The notes below the pieces were generated by a model that had not been told where the DNA came from, ran no database searches, and saw only the letters and a list, made by a program, of their open reading frames with translations. From the human T2T-CHM13v2.0 reference genome, Homo sapiens, in NCBI RefSeq assembly GCF_009914755.1, contig NC_060926.1: a DNA stretch of 64,000 nucleotides; one strand, 5' to 3'. The translations under genes and the position numbers were made by a program. Positions within the stretch are counted from its first letter, which is position 1. Each line of letters starts with the position of its first letter. Positions 18,200 to 31,107 of the stretch are shown here, one piece after another.

Positions 18200-18900
18200 T
18201 AAACATCATCAAGATGATACAAAATCAAACCTTTCTCTGAACGTTTGCCATCCTGTCTCCTGTTTGGGCCTGGAATATTGAGCTGAGATTTTGTAAGTGT
18301 GTGGCAAAATTTATAACGGGGCTACAAGACACTCAGAGTAATGGTTCCAATGACTGGAGGTGTGTGTGCTGATCATTACTGTTGGAGTCAAGATATTGGG
18401 GCCTCCTTTGTGAAGGCAAGGTCTGAAAGGGAATGAAATTTCATAGATGAAGGCTACAAAGTCACAAAATGTACAGTAAAGTATGAATTCACATCTGCAA
18501 GGGAGAGCTTGTTGTACTCTGAGTGAGCCAAGTCTTGCTTCCAGTGAGTGTCTGGTTCATTCCTCACATAGGCAGCATAGGTGGGAAGTATAAAGAACTT
18601 GGCTGTGTTTATGAAAGAGACAGCTTTAACTTCTCAGTGGGGCTGGACTGTAGCTCACCTTTAGGGTTGATGTTGGGAAGACAAATAGGCTGCTTTGTGC
18701 CGCCTTCTGTATTAGCAAGGCAAAGAACAGCTTGACAGTTTCTTTGCTCTTCTGACATGATTCTGTCCATCTAGCTGGAATAGGGGGCTCAATTTCTGAG
18801 GACAGGTAGCTGAGAATATTGTGGTTTGGGGACCTCTCAAAAATACGGAGAGTCTTGTTTGCCTGGATAGGAGCTCTATTCCAAAGGTGAGGGAAGGAAG
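18200..18900 (+). mobile_element. Possible very old L3/CR1 remnant
   Basis: Short CR1-like blocks gaatgaaatttcatagatgaaggctacaaagtc and aacttggctgtgtttatgaaag; weak. Confidence 0.25.
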
Positions 18901-18997
18901 TGATAATGACTTGTTAAAAGCAACCTTTTAGGTAGATTGACCAGGGGCAGAGTTTACAGGATGAATGGGAAATGAGAAAGAGTGAAGTTCAAACAGG

Positions 18998-19365
18998 TAA
19001 GCTGTTGTAACTGAGGTGTATAAGCTGTTATAACTGAGGTGTATGAGCTGTTGTAACTGAGGTGTATAAGCTGTTGTAACTGAGGTGTATAAGCTGTTGT
19101 AACTGAGGTGTATAAGCTGTTGTAACTGAGGTGTATAAGCTGTTGCAACTGAGGTGTATAAGCTGTTGTAACTGAGGTGTATAAGCTGTTGCAACTGAGG
19201 TGTATAAGCTGTTGTAACTGAGGTGTATAAGCTGTTGTAACTGAGGTGTATAAGCTGTTGTAACTGAGGTGTATAAGCTGTTGCAACTGAGGTGTATAAG
19301 CTGTTGTAACTGAGGTGTATAAGCTGTTGTAACTGAGGTGTATAAGCTGTTATAACTGAGGTGTG
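18998..19365. repeat. Minisatellite/VNTR, 16 copies of TAAGCTGTTGTAACTGAGGTGTA (23 bp)
   Basis: Units start every 23 bp from 18998 to 19343; substitution variants in units 2, 3, 7, 9, 13 and 16. Confidence 0.99.
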
Positions 19366-19489
19366 TAAATCCGGCTGCTGTTAGTTCTGATTTCTGGATA
19401 CTTTATTTCTACTACTTCAGGCAATATTTAGAGTAGAAAATCCACTAACTTGCATTGGCTGGCAAAGAAGGTGAAATAGATCCATGTGG

Positions 19490-19640
19490 GGTTTTGGGAA
19501 AAACACTGAACTTGGCATCTGGCCCTGGGGATAGCCCTGACTCTTCTATGAATATGAACTAGCTCTGAAACCGTGGGCAAGGCCCTTGAACTCTCAAGAC
19601 CTCAGGCATAGAGTAGCTTATCTCTAAAGCTCATCCCCAG
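19490..19640 (+). mobile_element. MIR fragment
   Basis: aactagctctgaaaccgtgggcaaggcccttgaactctcaagacctcag. Confidence 0.55.
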
Positions 19641-22600
19641 CCATAAGAGTGTTTTCTAGTGTCTTATTTATTACTTTCAAGTACACATTTCTAAGTACTA
19701 ATAACTTTTACATGCTGCCAAGGAGTGGTCTTTTAGGGGCCTATTATGATGAAGTATGATGAATAGATAACTCATTTGTAATTAACTGTGTGTATGTCCA
19801 TGCAAACAATTTCTGAGCTCTAAGTTTCTCATAATAATTCCCTTCCCATAAGTAGGGTTAAGCCCTTGAAATTTTGTTTGCATTTTTAATTTATACGGAA
19901 AATGAATTTTTCTGAGATACCTATATCTCGTCTCCCTAATTAGATTGTAACCTCCTTGAAAGCATTTTGCTTTGTTTTGTTGTTTGCTTTTTGGTTTTAA
20001 TCCATTATAATGCCTTAAATAGCACTATGTGTATTAGGGACTTAATACAGTAGTAGATGAGTGAATGAGAAGTTAGAGCATAAACTTTAGTTCAGACCAA
20101 ATTATTGTGAACTTTGAAATATTGTAACAGAAATTAATAAAGATGTAAGTCTATGATCTTATATTACTGTCCTTAATTAAATAATGTGTGTGTGTAATTA
20201 TTATTGCCGTGGCTACATGTAAATGTGACTTAAAAGGTCAATCACAGTGAACTGCTACAGAAAAAATGGTAGGAGTGGATTCATAACCGTGTAACTTTTT
20301 TTCTCTATACTGAAAGGAAATATCATTTTCTCCCCAAGATCAGTCTTTGAGTAACTTTGCGGATCTAGAATAGTGCCTTGCAATTGGGGAAGGGAGAAAG
20401 GGAAAGTAAACTGAAGAGTTCAGAAGTGACAGTGGTCAGTTACATAGAGAACAAAGTACTTTGTTAGTTTTCTGGCCAGATAGAAAAGAACACTTTTCTT
20501 GACTGGAGATGATTTCTGAGATGAAAGCTTTCTAAGATATGGGGTGCCTGGCCTCCACATCTAGTTTCTTTGGGAGCCAGAGACAAGAGGGGATAAAAAG
20601 AGAAGCTTGAAGGAGGAGGAAAAGGAGGGGAGGGTACATGTAGTGGGAATGAGGGGCAGAGTAGCAGACATTATTGCAGAAAAGTGGGGGAGGAAAGAAC
20701 CAGGCTGGAGGGGCTCCATAGCCTGGAAGGAAGCAGCCCTCTCCCTACACCAGTAGCTCCCTCAACCTTTGTTCTCCTTCCACCTAGCATATTAATTGCT
20801 GTTCATGATGATAAATCTGACCACTAGTTACAGGGAATGGGGCTTTTTAACCTATATTTTAGGACTTTGCATCATAAGCCAATTAAAAGAGATGTCTAGT
20901 TATTTATCAGAAATATTTCTATAAATACAGAAGCTGTGTATTTTTTTCCTGACAATATCTTAGTTGTTTGGTCCTTTAAGGAACTGAGCTTAGTAGGTAA
21001 ATACTCTAGACAGCTGTGTAAATTTTGTAAATAAAAATCAGAAAGCTAACTATTCATTTATGTAGCCAGCATTCATTGGCTGGCAAACGTGTCAGAAACT
21101 TTGCCAGCCAATGGAAATACAATAAAGATACTATGTAGTTCCTACCCTCTTGTAGGAAGCTATAATTCTGTCTGATGGTGCACATCACTTATAAAGCACC
21201 ATGTCTCAGAGAGGCTGCTTTGGAAATGACCACTCTCTTCTTGGGAAATTGGGATTTCAGAAGGCCTCCTGGAAGAGATGAAACTTGACTTCTCTGCTAT
21301 CTTAAATTATTGACTCAAATGTGATCTGTTAGCTAAAGCCACAGAGACTGTGTGTCAACATAGGTGACTGAGGACAGCTCAACTTGGCTGGTGGCTATAC
21401 CATTCAATCCATCTGCTCTTCTCTTGCCACCCTGAGTCCGGCTGTATCTCAAGTGTGATGCTGGAGTGAAATGTAAGAGGCACTCTGAAATTGACCCAGG
21501 TCTCTATACTCTGCAGTCTCTATACTGTCCTTCTCATAACTAGTTTTCACTCTTGATATCTTTTCCACTAGAATGTAAGCAGATTTGTGGGCAAGATAAC
21601 CATAGCAATATGGTAGTGGTGATGGTGATGATAATATGTAAAATTCATGGAGCATTACTGAACACCAGTATGTATGCGTGACCTCATCTGATGCCTATAG
21701 GCTCTGCAGCTGGTAGTGGGGTGGAGGGGCTGTCATTCTCTCCTGACTTAGCAGTGATGTCATTGAGACTTAAAGAGGTTAGATGACCCTCCCATATCAG
21801 TCAGCAGCACCAGGAGAGAGATGGTTACTTGTCCTTTTTTTGTGGATGTGTCCATACAACTTCCCTGCCACATGCCCAGCTAATACAGGTTTTTGTTTGT
21901 GGTAAGTAATAAGCGACAGATTCTGCTCTGTAGGGTGAGTAAGTTCCATGGTTTCTCCTCGTTGTGATTGGTATACCATCAGAGTGTCCCCGATGCCCTT
22001 GGGTACTAAGGCATTGAAATACACATCACTGTTTGTCCTTCTGCCTTGCTCTTCTCCTTTCATTTTACCAGCAAAGACTGTTTTCTTTTGTCAGAGTCTA
22101 CAGCTCAGCACTCCTGCTTAGTTTCTGCTCTTGGGCATCACCTCTGTCACTGTGGCTCATCCCCAGGCCCTTTCAGACACTGATGGCACCTGCTGAGCCC
22201 AGGGTTAACTACTTTCTTTACTCCTCTTTATTCCTCTACTGTCTTATAGCGTCTCCAAGTATGTCTTAGCAGCCACTGCAAGAGGTTGGCCAGCTAGGTA
22301 GGCATTTGTTTTGCTTGACTTGACCAGTCACTCACTGTCAGAGCATCTTCCTATTTGTGGCCTTTCTTCTGGGCTTTTCCCTCGGTGGGTGTGGGAGCTC
22401 AAGACTGCTACTTTGTTCTCAGAGGTTGTTGTTTGTTTAGTTATTGTGTACAGCTGCCAAGTTGGAGCTGTTTAAGAACCATGATATCAGAAAGATGCTT
22501 CATTGCAATAGTAGCTGTTGATTAGAAACAAAACAATCTATTAATTTCCTAACTTTATTATCATTTATGTTCTATCTCCTTCTAAAAGAAATTATGACAA

Positions 22601-22839
22601 AGTTTTCTTTTTTAAATGAATCCCAACTAGCAGTGATCTCATACTTTATTCATAATAAATTTTGTTTGGATACATGTATTTTATATTTTTAGCTCTCTGG
22701 TTTTGACAGAATGACTTTCCCCTCCTTTGGGCAATTTGAATGTTCTTCTATTATGTAGATACTTAACATCTGTGAGAGGTTATAGATTCTTGATTTTTAC
22801 ACGATGGTCTAAGGGAGACATCTCAGTATGGACAGGCAG

Positions 22840-23065
22840 CATAGCGTGTTTGTCATTTGTGTGGGCTCTTGAGCAAGATTTTCTAGATTGAAGTACAAGC
22901 TCTGCCATATACTAGTTGTATGATCTTAGGCAACTTACAGTCACTGTGCTTCTGTTCTTATCTGTAAGATGGCGTTGCAGGGTTGCTGTGGAACGCTAAA
23001 TGAGGTCACATTTCTGAACTGCTTATATGGTGCTGGACACACACTAACAATCTAAGTGTGTCTTC
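22840..23065 (+). mobile_element. MIR
   Basis: gctctgccatatactagttgtatgatcttaggcaacttac...ttatctgtaagatgg. Confidence 0.7.
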
Positions 23066-23865
23066 TGTATCATGTCTGTGTTTCTCAAGCAGACTTTGAG
23101 CAGGTCCAGCTATGGTATCTCTTCCCAGTAGCTACATGGGGCCCAACACATAGTTTCTACTCAGGTTTGTGAGTAGATACATGAATGTATAAATTAACAG
23201 CATACGCTTTACTAAATTTCCTTAGTTAATTGTTTTTTATTTAATAAGTTGTTCTTCCAAGTTCCAGTTCTCTACTCTTCAGATGACTCTGCTTTAGTTA
23301 TGGGTTTTTTATTGATTCATTATAATTACTTTGCTGATGTTTTTTTTTCTGGCTGTCATAGCAAGCAGCAGTCATTAGCTACAAGAAGACTCAGCAATTT
23401 AGTAAGAACTGTCTTGGTTTTGAGTTGTCTACCAAATATAACTTAACCTAAGACAGTAATATACATGGTTTCATTACAATCTGTATATTGTTAAACATGC
23501 ATAATTTCTAAATTTATGCAAACAAACATTCATTGCTGTGTGTCTCCTAATGCTGTACTTGAAATGAATTTGCTTTTGGTTTTAAAGGCATTCATTTAAT
23601 GGTTGGAGTGAACCTTTAAAATATTAATTGCATCTTGCTTTTAAAAATTTAGACATTAAGCCACTCCCATGAAAACTCAAGTTATAAAGAACCTAAGAAT
23701 TATTTAAATAGTTCAGAAAATATGATATGTAGGCTTCTTTTAATTCATAGCAATATGTAAATTATTGACCCTCTGAAACCCCTTGATGCTAAGAAAGCAG
23801 TTCTCGTTTTCCTCTTCCATTCGTTGATACAGCTGAACTGGCATTTTCTCTTCCCTTTTGTATAG

Positions 23866-24084
23866 AATGGACTTAGGCTGGAAATGCTTTTGGATGATGT
23901 GGTACTTGCGTGTGGTGTCATCTCTGCTAGAGATGCAGGCCCCTGCCTGTTCTCCTCCTGGCTCTCTCTGGCTGTGGGGCTCACCAGTGCTGAGACAGCT
24001 GGAGCTGACTGGAGTCAGCACTGTAATACACTGTTAGAGGTTGAGGATAGGTGTGCTTGGTTGATTTAACACTTTATTTACCTG
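23866..24084 (+). other. Candidate 219-nt non-coding or poison exon
   Basis: Acceptor cattttctcttcccttttgtatag|A and donor CTG|gtgagt in apparently unique sequence; stops in all three frames. Confidence 0.4.
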
Positions 24085-25459
24085 GTGAGTTCAGCTTTTG
24101 TGGTCTTGGATGATTCCTGTGCTTTGTTCAGTAGAATCAGTCTTCACTGTCCCCTTAGATATAAGCCCCTGTGGAGTTCCAAATCTGTTAGTCCTGTCCT
24201 GTGATTTGGTTGCTCAGGCGGTTCTTGCCCTTGCTATGGGGAGCCTTGATACATGGCTTGTAGGTCCTGCCATGTTAATTGACTGTTAGTCTAATATCGT
24301 ATCTCTGTATTGTAAGGTTTTCAGGTTACAAACCTCTTATCTCTTCCTTCTGGGGACCCACTTCCCCCTAATCTCCCTTATTTTAGAGTTACTGAAGTAG
24401 CAACTAGAACCTTGCAATAAATAGCTCTCTCTGCCTTGACATCATCTAGCCTTTGGTCTGATTTTTGAATATTTGATTTGGATATTTGACTCTTTTTAAA
24501 GTTACACAGTAGCTTGAGGGTGCCCTAAAGAGAACTGCCTCTGGCCAGCAGGCTGGGGTGCTGCTATTTTTGAAGACAGGCCACCCTAACCTTGCTACAC
24601 TAGAAGTTTGTGCGCAAGTACCCTGGGACACAAGGTACATTTGAATGTGTCTCTGTAATCACCAGCAAAAGAAGGGGAGTTGGATCTAAGTTTACTTTTC
24701 TTATGGCAGTATCTGTTTTGTAAATCAATGAATACCCATACATTGTTGCGGCAAAGTTTTTTTTCCAGTTAAAAATGATAACTCTTCTATCTGGTGGTTC
24801 TCAACATGATGACAGCATGCATGTGTGTGTGCTCTTTTTTTCAATTAACAATAAAATAACTCCTCTAATGCTGATGCAATAGGCCGGTGGTTCTCAACCT
24901 GACAGCAGGATGTGTGTGTGTGCACGCATGTAAATGAATATACATGCTTGAGTGTGGTTATATTATATAATGGAATCACCAGTGAGACTTTTCCACAATA
25001 AACATGTCTAGTTTCTACCCACTCCCACACATTTGGTTTCCCAGGGGTGGTGGCGAGTGTTTGAGTCATCTACAAGTTCTCATCTGCTTCCCCTTATGGT
25101 GTCTTTCAGGCACACTCATGAGAGGGTTGTAATCATTTGTCATGGATCATAACAACAATATGGAATACAACCATAATAACATATACTGAGCAATTACTGT
25201 GAATCCACTGCACAATCAGAAACCGTGCCGTGTTTTTAATGGATATTTTTCTCTTGCACTAAGCTAGGGCATTGACTTCATAATTCTACCATGATAGTGT
25301 TTGAATTTGAAATAAAACTTGAAAAAAATTATTTTTCTTGGGGGGGGATGGGATAGTTGGGTTTCGTAAATTGATCAGAGTGTATTGTTTTTAACTCTAC
25401 CAGAGAAATCAAAATAACTTATTTACATATCTTTGTACTGCAGGCTAGAGCTAACAAAT

Positions 25460-25850
25460 ATTTATAATATTGTGTGGCACTATTCATACTACATGGCAGA
25501 TGAGGAACCTTGGGCATAGAAAGTTAAATGATATGATGATAGGAATACCTAGTGTTTAATGTGTGCTTAATATGTGCCAGGCACTTTCTAAACACTTTGC
25601 ATATGTTAATCTATTTAATCCTCACAACAATTCCAGGAAACATTTACTATTATCATTATTATTTTGTAGGTGGGTAAACTGAGTCTTAGAGGTTTAGTAC
25701 CTAGCCCATGGTCACCCAGCTGGCAATCGGCAGAGCCCGGTTCCAAGCCCAGCCTGTCTGGCTCATGTTGCACAATTCCCTTGGAATAAAATGGGGATTT
25801 GAACTGGGTCTTCTGCTTCAGTACTTTCTCTTAGAGCTACATTGCCCCGG
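25460..25850 (-). mobile_element. MIR elements (nested or adjacent)
   Basis: tatgtgccaggcactttctaaacactttgcatatgttaatctatttaatcctcacaacaa...aaactgagtcttagagg. Confidence 0.8.
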
Positions 25851-25875
25851 TTTTTAAAGGGTTTTCTCACTTTTA

Positions 25876-26200
<325 letters not shown>

Positions 26201-26224
26201 TAAAGAGTGATACTTTATTTAGAT

Positions 26225-26438
26225 CAGTGGCCCTCGTTGGGGGTGGCTTTGTCCCCTAGGACATTGTGCAATGTCTAGAGACAATTTTGGTTATCACAGC
26301 AAGTGAGAAGGTACTTTTGGCATCTGTTAGAGTGAGGCCAAGGATGCCGCTAAACATCTTACAACGTAGTGGACAGCACTACCCACAGCAAAGAAGTGTC
26401 AGCCCAAATGTCGGTAGTACAGAGGCTGAGAAACCCTG
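26225..26438. mobile_element. MER20 (hAT-Charlie MITE)
   Basis: caatgtctagagacaattttggttatcaca...gaggccaaggatgccgctaaacatcttaca...gctgagaaaccctg. Confidence 0.88.
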
Positions 26439-27419
26439 TTTTTAGAGTGTTTTGCATGATGCCTTTTTCTCTAAGAGGAATCAATACTTTAGTGTACAGT
26501 TCTGCAAGATATTTTTTTAGGCTGAAGAGTAACAAGGAAGCAGGGTAGAGCTGATACTAAACTTACATAGGGAGCGTCTTGGCTTTGAGACTCTTCATCC
26601 ATGACTGGATTAGTTATTTTAAAAACTCTGCTTGCGTGGACTCACAGGATCACAAATTCCAAACTTAAGGACCTTTCATCTTCTGGAATATAGCTGGGCT
26701 TGAGGTATTATATGGAGTGTGTGTCTATGGGCATCGGTGTGGTGAATACTTCTTTGTATATATATATTTTTTGTGTGTGTTGTACAAGAGTGACTTCATA
26801 AAAGGTGGCTCTTGCCAGAATTCAGAACACAGCAGGTAATGTACTTACTGAAGAGGTAAGAGCATGAGTAATTCTTGTCTCATGAGAAAGATGTAAACTA
26901 GTTTATTATAATGATGTAATATTTGGGTGCCTGATTTATCATCCCCATCTCCAATGATGCAAAACCTTAAGAACTACACAGGTGATAAAAATTCAAATGG
27001 TGTCTTTGAAGTCCGGCCTATTCCCCTGAGCAGTTAAAAGTGTCACCTTTGTCCTGATACGTTGCTGTTTGTGGATGTTTCCGGAGATCACGGTTAAAAT
27101 CTTGAACTATGCACTCTACTATGGGAAGTTTTGGGATGTTTATTCCGTGAGAGAGGTCATAATCTGGGAAGATGAGAGTCATTCAGCTAATAGGGCAGGA
27201 AAATATCACAGTCAAGCTGTAGACTTGGGATGATGGGAGTATGGAAGAGATGATTCCTCCTGTGTACTGAGGGGAACCAGGAGAGGGAGAGTTGTCAGGA
27301 AGCGTGTGGTCTTTGAACTGGATCTCGTTTTAGGAGAAACTTGAGTTGTCCCGGTTGAGAACCAGCTTAGGCAAAAGTGTGGCCACTTTAGGGCAGGCTG
27401 GGGGCGGGGATATGAAAGG

Positions 27420-27421
<2 letters not shown>

Positions 27422-27455
<34 letters not shown>

Positions 27456-27480
27456 CAACAACAGTAATAATCATAATCAT
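27422..27480. repeat. (CAT)10 trinucleotide repeat with degenerate tail
   Basis: Ten perfect CAT units at 27424-27453, then cac/aac/aat triplets. Confidence 0.95.
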
Positions 27481-27625
27481 GGCCGCCATTTTGTGAGTAC
27501 TGCTCTGGGAAGGCACACTCTAGAGGTTTTAAGATACACTCATTTAATCCTTGCAGCAATCTCATGGGGTTGGTATTATTATAGCTGTTACAGACAGGAA
27601 ATCCAGGGTCTAGTAAGGCCAGGGT
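27480..27625 (-). mobile_element. MIR
   Basis: ctcatttaatccttgcagcaatctcatggggttggtattattatagctgttacagacaggaaatccagg. Confidence 0.75.
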
Positions 27626-29894
27626 CCGGTCCCTCCTGACAGTACTCTTGTGCCCCTCGAGCAGCAGTCCCTTCTGGTTCATTCTTGGTGGTTCCCAGGG
27701 AGCGCGAGGAATGATGTCAGCAGAGCCGTGCTGTGACTGGATGAACACAACCCTGGGAACAATGCCTTTGGCACAGCTCTTTAAAAAGAAGTAAGTTGGG
27801 GCTTCATCTAAGGAAACTGGCTCTGTTCTACTCAGTCTCGTAGGAATTCTTAGAAATGTTGTGACCTGGAAAATTGGAGAGGTATGATTTGATTAATTTG
27901 CACATTTAAGTATGACAGTGTAACTAGAGAGTAAACAAATGGTAATTATGCCACAAAGCTTTCCTCCAATGGAGAGTCAGGGTCAAGGCAATCTGGAATC
28001 TTTGGCTTTTCAGATTAGTTGTGAACATGGAACAACAAGCTCATTCCTCCCCTCTACCCAGGGTGGACCCCTGTGTGGGGGATGGGGAAGTAGTTTTCCT
28101 TGCTTGGCTACAATAGCTTAGATTACCATACACTCATCTCTGACTTAGATTTTATACCTTCTTTTCCCCCATCCTACCCTGTGAAGACAATTGAAGGCTA
28201 GGGTTTGGTTAGGAAAGTAGCAAGTTAATAATGTATCAGAAAGTTGTTGGCAGTTGTGTTTCCTTGAATGACTCTTCTTTGAAGCTACATTGTTACAGTG
28301 ATGTGTGTAATTTGACCTACTGTTCAAAAAGAATTCATTTCCATCCCTTCCTTGTTCGTTCATTCATCATGCGTTTATAGAAGCCAGTCCTTGACCCAGG
28401 GGGACCCATAGTCTAGACTCTGGAGGAGAGCACAAACATGGGAACCAGTAAGTATAGCTGTGGATGTGAAAAGTAAAGAGACAGAAGTAGAGAGCTTCCT
28501 TCTAAAGAGAGAGGGGAAAGAGTGGGAGGCAGCCTTTATTTCTAGGGGTACTTTCTCTCTCTTGTTCCATCCTCCGTCCTGGACTGATACCCTCCCTGCC
28601 CTTTGCATCCATGTTTTTTTTCCCTCTTATCCAGAGTGAGTCTCCTGGGAAACCCAGGCCTTCTTTCTGGGAGCTCCTCTCTCTTCTTCGTCACTCATGC
28701 CCAGGGTCACACTGGAGCTTCACCACCTTTTTCTGATACTGATAAGTTTCTTCAGCTTTGCATTCTTGCCTCATTTTTCTGTCATCTGACCCTAGCCGAT
28801 CCTATCACTTGTTATGGAGGTAGCTAGAAGCACGTGAGATATGGAAAGTGTTGTACTGGAAAATACACAGCAGATATACAAATAACTCCACCTGGGCGAG
28901 GGAGCATTTTCTTAGGCTGGGTATCACCTTGGGTTTGAGGTGCACCTTCTCCCTAGGTGTCATTTTGGAGTCCCCGCCTTCTTAAAAATGTGCTATATAA
29001 GTATTGTCCACGTATGACCTCATTAATTCATTGAATATGGCAGAATTGATTGATTGGGATTTGGAAGGGCTCTATAAGAGAGACTGTGATCTTGTCAATC
29101 TCTCTAATAACAATCTGCGTGACACATACAATTAATCCCTTCCTTGGAAAGGAGTTGGGGGAGTAGAATCATAAATTTGGAAGCAAACATATCTTTTGTT
29201 AAAGTATATTTTTAAATTACAGTACTCATCTGGAACACAGGTGACATTTCTATCAGCAGAATTTCAAATTTATGCAGACTCGTTATTCTGCTTTGAAAAG
29301 CTTTATTTCCTTTGCTAACTACCAGATGGGATATTATAGTTATGAATCCCTAATTCTAATGAAATACAAGCCAATAGATGTATCACACTACGTTTTTCAA
29401 ACCATAGACTATTACAGGCATGAAGCACAAGAAGTCTAACCCATTTTAAACTGATTAATTTAATTAGGAGACAGGTTTGGAGGAACAGAAAATTGCTTCT
29501 TGTTAGTTCTCTGAGCACTGCAGTTATAAGACTGTATGCTCTGCTCTAACACAGGTCTGTTCTCTCTGAGGTCATCTAATTCTCCTAAAAGGGGTTTTAG
29601 ATGCTGAGTTGCATTTGTAAGTAAATTCTTTATTCTTTTTCTACCTTCTTTCTTTTTTATTCCATAGTCATTAAAGCCTTGCCGTGTTCTTGTTATGAAC
29701 TGATAAATGCTTTGTAATTACTCTGTAACTAAAAATGTTAAACTTGAATGGTTATATGGATTTTTTTTTTATTTTTTTAAAAACTCACTGGAGAAAGGAA
29801 CAGTGTTGTGGGGGTATAAAAAGAATTCTGACAGAGAAGAGCAGAAAACAGAAACTAGGTGTGGTGGGGGAGGAATGGCAGAAGTGCCAGGGTC

Positions 29895-30345
29895 TCTTGG
29901 TCCATGTCTTGAGCATTTACTGTTTGCCAGCCACCTTTATGTGGGTTGACCATATATACCATACCAGGGCTTGATATCCCTAAATCCTCAAAAAACTCCA
30001 TGAAATTGCTACCTGTTTTCAGGATGCAAAAGCTAAGGCACAAAAATGTTAGTTATCTTGCTCAAGGTTACACAGCTAGTAAGGTGGAGACTAAATTTGA
30101 ATCCAGGTGGGATGATTGCATCCTACAAAGTTCTTGACCAGAGAACTAATGTGGGGTTGGACCCACCCAAGTTCCAGTCCTACTCTGCTGCTTCCCAACA
30201 ATGTGACCTTGGGTAAAGTTATTTTAACCCCTTTGAGACTTTTCCCCAATTTGTAAGTGGGTTTAAAGCACAGTATAAGGTTGCCGTGACTTTTAAATAC
30301 TGTGATGTGTATTAATGGTTTGGCATGCAGAAGGAGCTTGGTGAA
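29895..30345. mobile_element. Two MIR fragments in opposite orientations
   Basis: Antisense cttgctcaaggttacacagctagtaag...tttgaatccagg, then sense aagttccagtcctactctgctgcttcc...tgtgaccttgggtaaag. Confidence 0.7.
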
Positions 30346-31107
30346 CGTTGCCTTTTTGCCCTTTCATGTCATGTCCTGGGGAAGTAGCAGTGACAGCCTG
30401 CAGCCTCTGTTCTTCTCGAATGTTCCCAAGGTATGAGGCACCTCTGAGAACTCCCAGAGCTCTGCATAGGTTGCTTAAACGTACAGCCCACTCAATGAGA
30501 TAATTTCTAAGGTTTCTTCTTGCCCTTATCTTTAGTGACTCCAAAGTTTAATTTTCATAAATTCATGTCTACCTAGTTACATCTTGCAAAGTGTAGGACT
30601 GCCTTTGCAGTTGATCTGTCAGTTTGTGTGTGTGCACAGCTGGAAAAGTGTGTTTTCCATGTAGAATGAGAGAATTTGCCTGGCACTGTCATTTATTTTT
30701 CTTAAGGAAAGATAAAAGTTTAGTTCTTTGATTTCTTTCTTGGGATTAGTTTTTTCTTGACTATCAAGAAAGAAGGGAAACAAGTTTGAGTGAAAATAGA
30801 TTGAGGTTCCCCCCCCTCATTTCACACTATTAAAAGAGTGACACCCAACTTCTTAGGTTTCTCTTCCACAGCACGGGTGGGTTTTGTAGATTAATGTATG
30901 CTACTGAGATGTTGAGTCAGGGTTGGATTAGGGAGGAGCTCCCCTCCTTGCATTTCTCCCACTCTGTCCTTTCAGTCCCTCAACCAGCTAAGTTCATGCC
31001 TGTAGTTGGTTAGAAGGGAGGTTTTCTATACAGCTTGAGAGAAACATTTAACAGGGTATCTTCATGTTTGTGTAGATGTCATTTGCTTCATTAAAAGCAA
31101 CAGAGTG

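Noticed and set aside
18928-19286. Repetitive proteins (LQQLIHLSYNSLYTSVTTAYTPQ)n on the - strand
   Set aside because: The consensus 23-bp unit lacks stop codons on -, giving a 23-aa period by arithmetic; no ATG start or exon context
18998-19365. CRISPR array
   Set aside because: Repeats are head-to-tail with no unique spacers, there are no cas genes, and the context is primate
27212-27748. Poly-His (+) and poly-Asp (-) ORFs
   Set aside because: Translations of the CAT microsatellite and MIR; no domain-like sequence
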